NCBI GenBank assembly: GCA_964636085.1
Contig: CAZWPQ010000016.1
Location: forward strand, 26,625 to 44,968
Length of the DNA: 18,344 bases
Reading direction: 5' to 3'
Source of the DNA: an uncultured Nitrososphaerota archaeon
GTDB taxonomy: Archaea; Asgardarchaeota; Njordarchaeia; Njordarchaeales; Panguiarchaeaceae
Position 1 is the stretch's first letter. Each line of letters begins with the position of its first letter. Both the position numbers and the translations under genes were made by a program. Below the pieces are notes generated by a model that made no database searches, was not told the DNA's origin, and saw only the letters and a program-made list of their open reading frames with translations. Shown in pieces: positions 15,411 to 18,344 of this stretch.

Positions 15411-18344
15411 CTACTCCGACTCTTCGAGTGGTTCCATCTCAAATTCTTCTGCCTCACCCTCTATTGCCGATTCAATCCCAGCAATCTCCGCTTTCCTCCT
15501 CTTATTCTTGAAAACCACTAACCCAATTATAGATGCTACGCCTAGTAGAGCAAACATGAATATATATGATGGTGCTCTACCACCAACCACACTTCTTTTT
15601 ATACTATATTTCAGAGGGCTATAGTACTGCTTGGTAATAACGATAGTGATGTTATAGTCTCCAGCCTCGTCTGGAATCCACTCGGCACTATATTTGCCAG
15701 TCGCATCGGTCACGCCTTGAGCCGCTATGTCTCCATTTATCATTATTGTGACATTGGCACCCTCCACATATTTCACAGTTTCATCATTCTCGCCGACTAT
15801 TATTTCGATACTCACCTCATCCCCCGCATATATGGTCTCTGGATATATCCTAAGGTCTAGGAGAACGATCCCTTCTGGGATTATCCTTATTGTTGTTGAT
15901 GCTGTTGTTTTGGAATATTTGCCCTCAGAATCAACAAAGTATGCAACGAGTGTATAATTACCCACAGGCAAGTCTCCTGGAATCGTTATCACTGCTTTCC
16001 CATCCCCAGAAGTAATTACTGGCGACAATTCATATGTCCCTCCAGCATATGTAAGATTGGCATATATAGTTTTACCAGCCAATTTCTCTCCATCATCCGT
16101 TTCTAGATACAGACCTATAGCGATAGCATCAGTATATTCAGTGGTATATTCGTTACGGTCAAATCTTATTATTGTTTCCTCTGAAACAACCCTAAGAGTC
16201 GTAGACTTTGATGATGAGACATAGCCTTCTAGTCCCTCACATACAGCAAAAAGCATGTATTCTCCTGGGATTATTTCCGCGATCCAAGTTATATATCCAT
16301 AACCATCGGCATTTGTTACTGCGCTACCTATCGATACATTATTCCCAGAAATCTCCAACAGGAACGTAACATTTATATTACCTACTGGGCGTCCTTCTTC
16401 GTCTAGTACCCTTATATCTATAGTTATCTCGTCCCCATACTCGACTTCATATTCTGCCTGAGTAAACTGTAGATTTAAATACCCTATGACATATTCAACA
16501 CTAAATCTAACTACCGACTTTGCAACATTACCAGCTAAGTCAACTGCCTTAACTATTATGCTATAATTGCCAATGCTTAAGTTTGTGAATGTGTATGACT
16601 TGTTTAGCCCGACATATATCCAATCCCCATCTATAGTGATATAATGACACAGAACTTCAATATTATCATCACTATCCCAAATCACGGTTACAGTATCATT
16701 ATCGATCACAGTGTCGTTTTCTGGATATGATATATATATAGTTGGCGGCGTCACATCTATATAGATAACGAGGAGTTTAATTGCCTCATTCCCCACCATA
16801 TCTACGGCCTTGACTAGTATTGTATGGTTGCCTTCCGTCAGGCTGAGATTATAGTACGTATTGTTGCCAACATTAATCCATGAGCCATTATAGTTTATCT
16901 CATAATGATCTATCCCAGAGAAATCCTCCTTAACATCCCACACCAAATGTATGTCTGTATGATTTATATAGGATTGATTTTCTGGTGCTATTATGTCCAA
17001 AAGTGGGGCCGTAATATCTACATATACAACTAAGAGAATTTTGGCCATATTTCCGGCCTTATCCAGACCCTTTATATAAACCATATACATCCCATCTTCT
17101 CCACAGCTCATATTGTATGATGTAGAAAGCCCAAGGCTTATCCAAACACCATTAACGAATATCTCGAAATGATCTAAGTTTTCATCACTACCTTCCCATT
17201 CTATAAATACATATCGCTGATTATGCCAACTATTATTTTCCGGGCTCAAAAGATTCAGCGTTGGTGCCATCGTATCTATTACTATCCATACAGAATCCTC
17301 ACCAACATTTCCAGCATAATCATACGCCCTAACACATATCGTGTAGTTACCATCCACCAATCCAGATATCTGATAAGAAGTTAGAGCGCCAACATCAATC
17401 CATGAGCCTCCCCAAGATATTTCGTAGTGGTCTATACCATACGAGTCTGTCCCATTCCACATAACCAATACGGAAGACTCATTTATATAGGAGGCCGTCT
17501 TCGGATCCAATATTTGAACAACAGGGGGTGATAGATCAACCACTATACTAACCAATGCTACTGCACTATTACCCGCTCTATCAACAGCCTTTACATATAT
17601 TGTATGGTTACCCTCCTTCACACCAACAAATACATATGAATTATTTGTGCCTACATCTATATAGCCCTCATTATCTATCCTCACATAATACCTATCCAAA
17701 TAATCATCACTACCACTCCACAGTACACTAATGTTGTTACTATTCAGATAATCCCCATCATTGGGCGATAATATGGTTAGTGAGGGAGGCGTCAGGTCCA
17801 CAACCACGGTAACGTTATCGGAAACACTATCCCCAGATATATCGACAGCAAACACACTAATTTTATGCTGGCCCTCTGAAAGACTAGTAATATTATATGT
17901 GGTAACATCACTAGGAATGCTCTGATTTACAGGAGTATCATCCACATATATCTCGAAATGATCTATATCACCACTAGAATTCCAGACAACACGTACCCAA
18001 GAAACATTGAAGAACAATCCATCAGGAGGAGAGAGAATGCAAACACTCATAGATATTACATATACACTTATATCATCACTACCCCTATTGCCTGCCCCAT
18101 CAAAGGCAACAACACAAACATTATACCACTTACCCCCCTCCAGACCACTAAAATCATGATGATCAGTCAAATTGACACCAGCAACATAAACAGCCTGCAA
18201 ACTACCATTAAGATAAACCTTGACACTACCAATAGACGAACCATCATCACTAGCATTCCAGAAAACAGTAAAGGCGGTACCAACACTAGCACCATCCTTA
18301 GGACTCGAAATAGTGACTGTCGGCGGAGAGGTATCAACAGTGAA
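15411..18344 (-). CDS. Giant Ig/FN3-like repeat cell-surface glycoprotein (5'-truncated by window edge)
   Basis: Frame is open to the window end (FTVDTSPPTVTISSPKDG... upstream of 18200). Seven ~86-95-aa repeats DxxPP..I.SP..W...D..DHYEI...G.HTI.VKAVD.AGN, then three Ig-like domains, a TM helix, KNKRRK and an acidic tail. Many N-x-S/T sequons. Confidence 0.9.
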   Translation of the reverse strand, partial: FTVDTSPPTVTISSPKDGASVGTAFTVFWNASDDGSSIGSVKVYLNGSLQAVYVAGVNLTDHHDFSGLEGGKWYNVCVVAFDGAGNRGSDDISVYVISMSVCILSPPDGLFFNVSWVRVVWNSSGDIDHFEIYVDDTPVNQSIPSDVTTYNITSLSEGQHKISVFAVDISGDSVSDNVTVVVDLTPPSLTILSPNDGDYLNSNNISVLWSGSDDYLDRYYVRIDNEGYIDVGTNNSYVFVGVKEGNHTIYVKAVDRAGNSAVALVSIVVDLSPPVVQILDPKTASYINESSVLVMWNGTDSYGIDHYEISWGGSWIDVGALTSYQISGLVDGNYTICVRAYDYAGNVGEDSVWIVIDTMAPTLNLLSPENNSWHNQRYVFIEWEGSDENLDHFEIFVNGVWISLGLSTSYNMSCGEDGMYMVYIKGLDKAGNMAKILLVVYVDITAPLLDIIAPENQSYINHTDIHLVWDVKEDFSGIDHYEINYNGSWINVGNNTYYNLSLTEGNHTILVKAVDMVGNEAIKLLVIYIDVTPPTIYISYPENDTVIDNDTVTVIWDSDDNIEVLCHYITIDGDWIYVGLNKSYTFTNLSIGNYSIIVKAVDLAGNVAKSVVRFSVEYVIGYLNLQFTQAEYEVEYGDEITIDIRVLDEEGRPVGNINVTFLLEISGNNVSIGSAVTNADGYGYITWIAEIIPGEYMLFAVCEGLEGYVSSSKSTTLRVVSEETIIRFDRNEYTTEYTDAIAIGLYLETDDGEKLAGKTIYANLTYAGGTYELSPVITSGDGKAVITIPGDLPVGNYTLVAYFVDSEGKYSKTTASTTIRIIPEGIVLLDLRIYPETIYAGDEVSIEIIVGENDETVKYVEGANVTIMINGDIAAQGVTDATGKYSAEWIPDEAGDYNITIVITKQYYSPLKYSIKRSVVGGRAPSYIFMFALLGVASIIGLVVFKNKRRKAEIAGIESAIEGEAEEFEMEPLEESE

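Noticed and set aside
18198-18200. TTG at 18200 as the start of the giant protein
   Set aside because: There is no stop between 18344 and 18200 in frame, and the translation continues the repeat pattern.
1-18344. tRNA/rRNA genes, CRISPR arrays, IS elements
   Set aside because: Intergenic gaps are 160 nt or less and AT-rich. I saw no GC-rich cloverleaf, spaced repeats, transposase or integrase; small C/D-box RNAs cannot be excluded by eye.

Overview
Gene-dense archaeal chromosomal window, probably from a thermophile. Class I LysRS, TFB, a crenarchaeal-type SSB, a ThermoDBP-family protein and a protein disulfide oxidoreductase support this. A longin-like ORF hints at an Asgard-related lineage (inference only). 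In order, it contains: 3' part of lysS; YjjX-type ITP/XTPase; an atypical TFB paralog; a PLP aminotransferase; a basic 268-aa orphan with a possible CENP-N/RdgC-like (TBP-like) pattern; a 130-aa longin-like ORF; family-4 UDG with a PIP box; single-OB SSB; hexulose-6-phosphate synthase; protein disulfide oxidoreductase; a PAPS-reductase-family PP-loop protein coupled to a bacterial-type MetRS; a ThermoDBP-related protein ending in a MinD-like amphipathic helix; a divergent membrane protein; and a minus-strand cell-surface cluster. That cluster comprises a giant Ig-repeat protein (5'-truncated by the window), a headless three-Ig paralog, a DASS/SLC13 transporter with an inserted beta-domain and altered SNT motifs, and an MTHFSD-type 5-FCL paralog. 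A 26-bp perfect palindrome with an overlapping alternative inverted repeat lies inside the cluster. I saw no rRNA, tRNA, CRISPR array or mobile element. All family calls come from motif recognition by eye; no searches were run.
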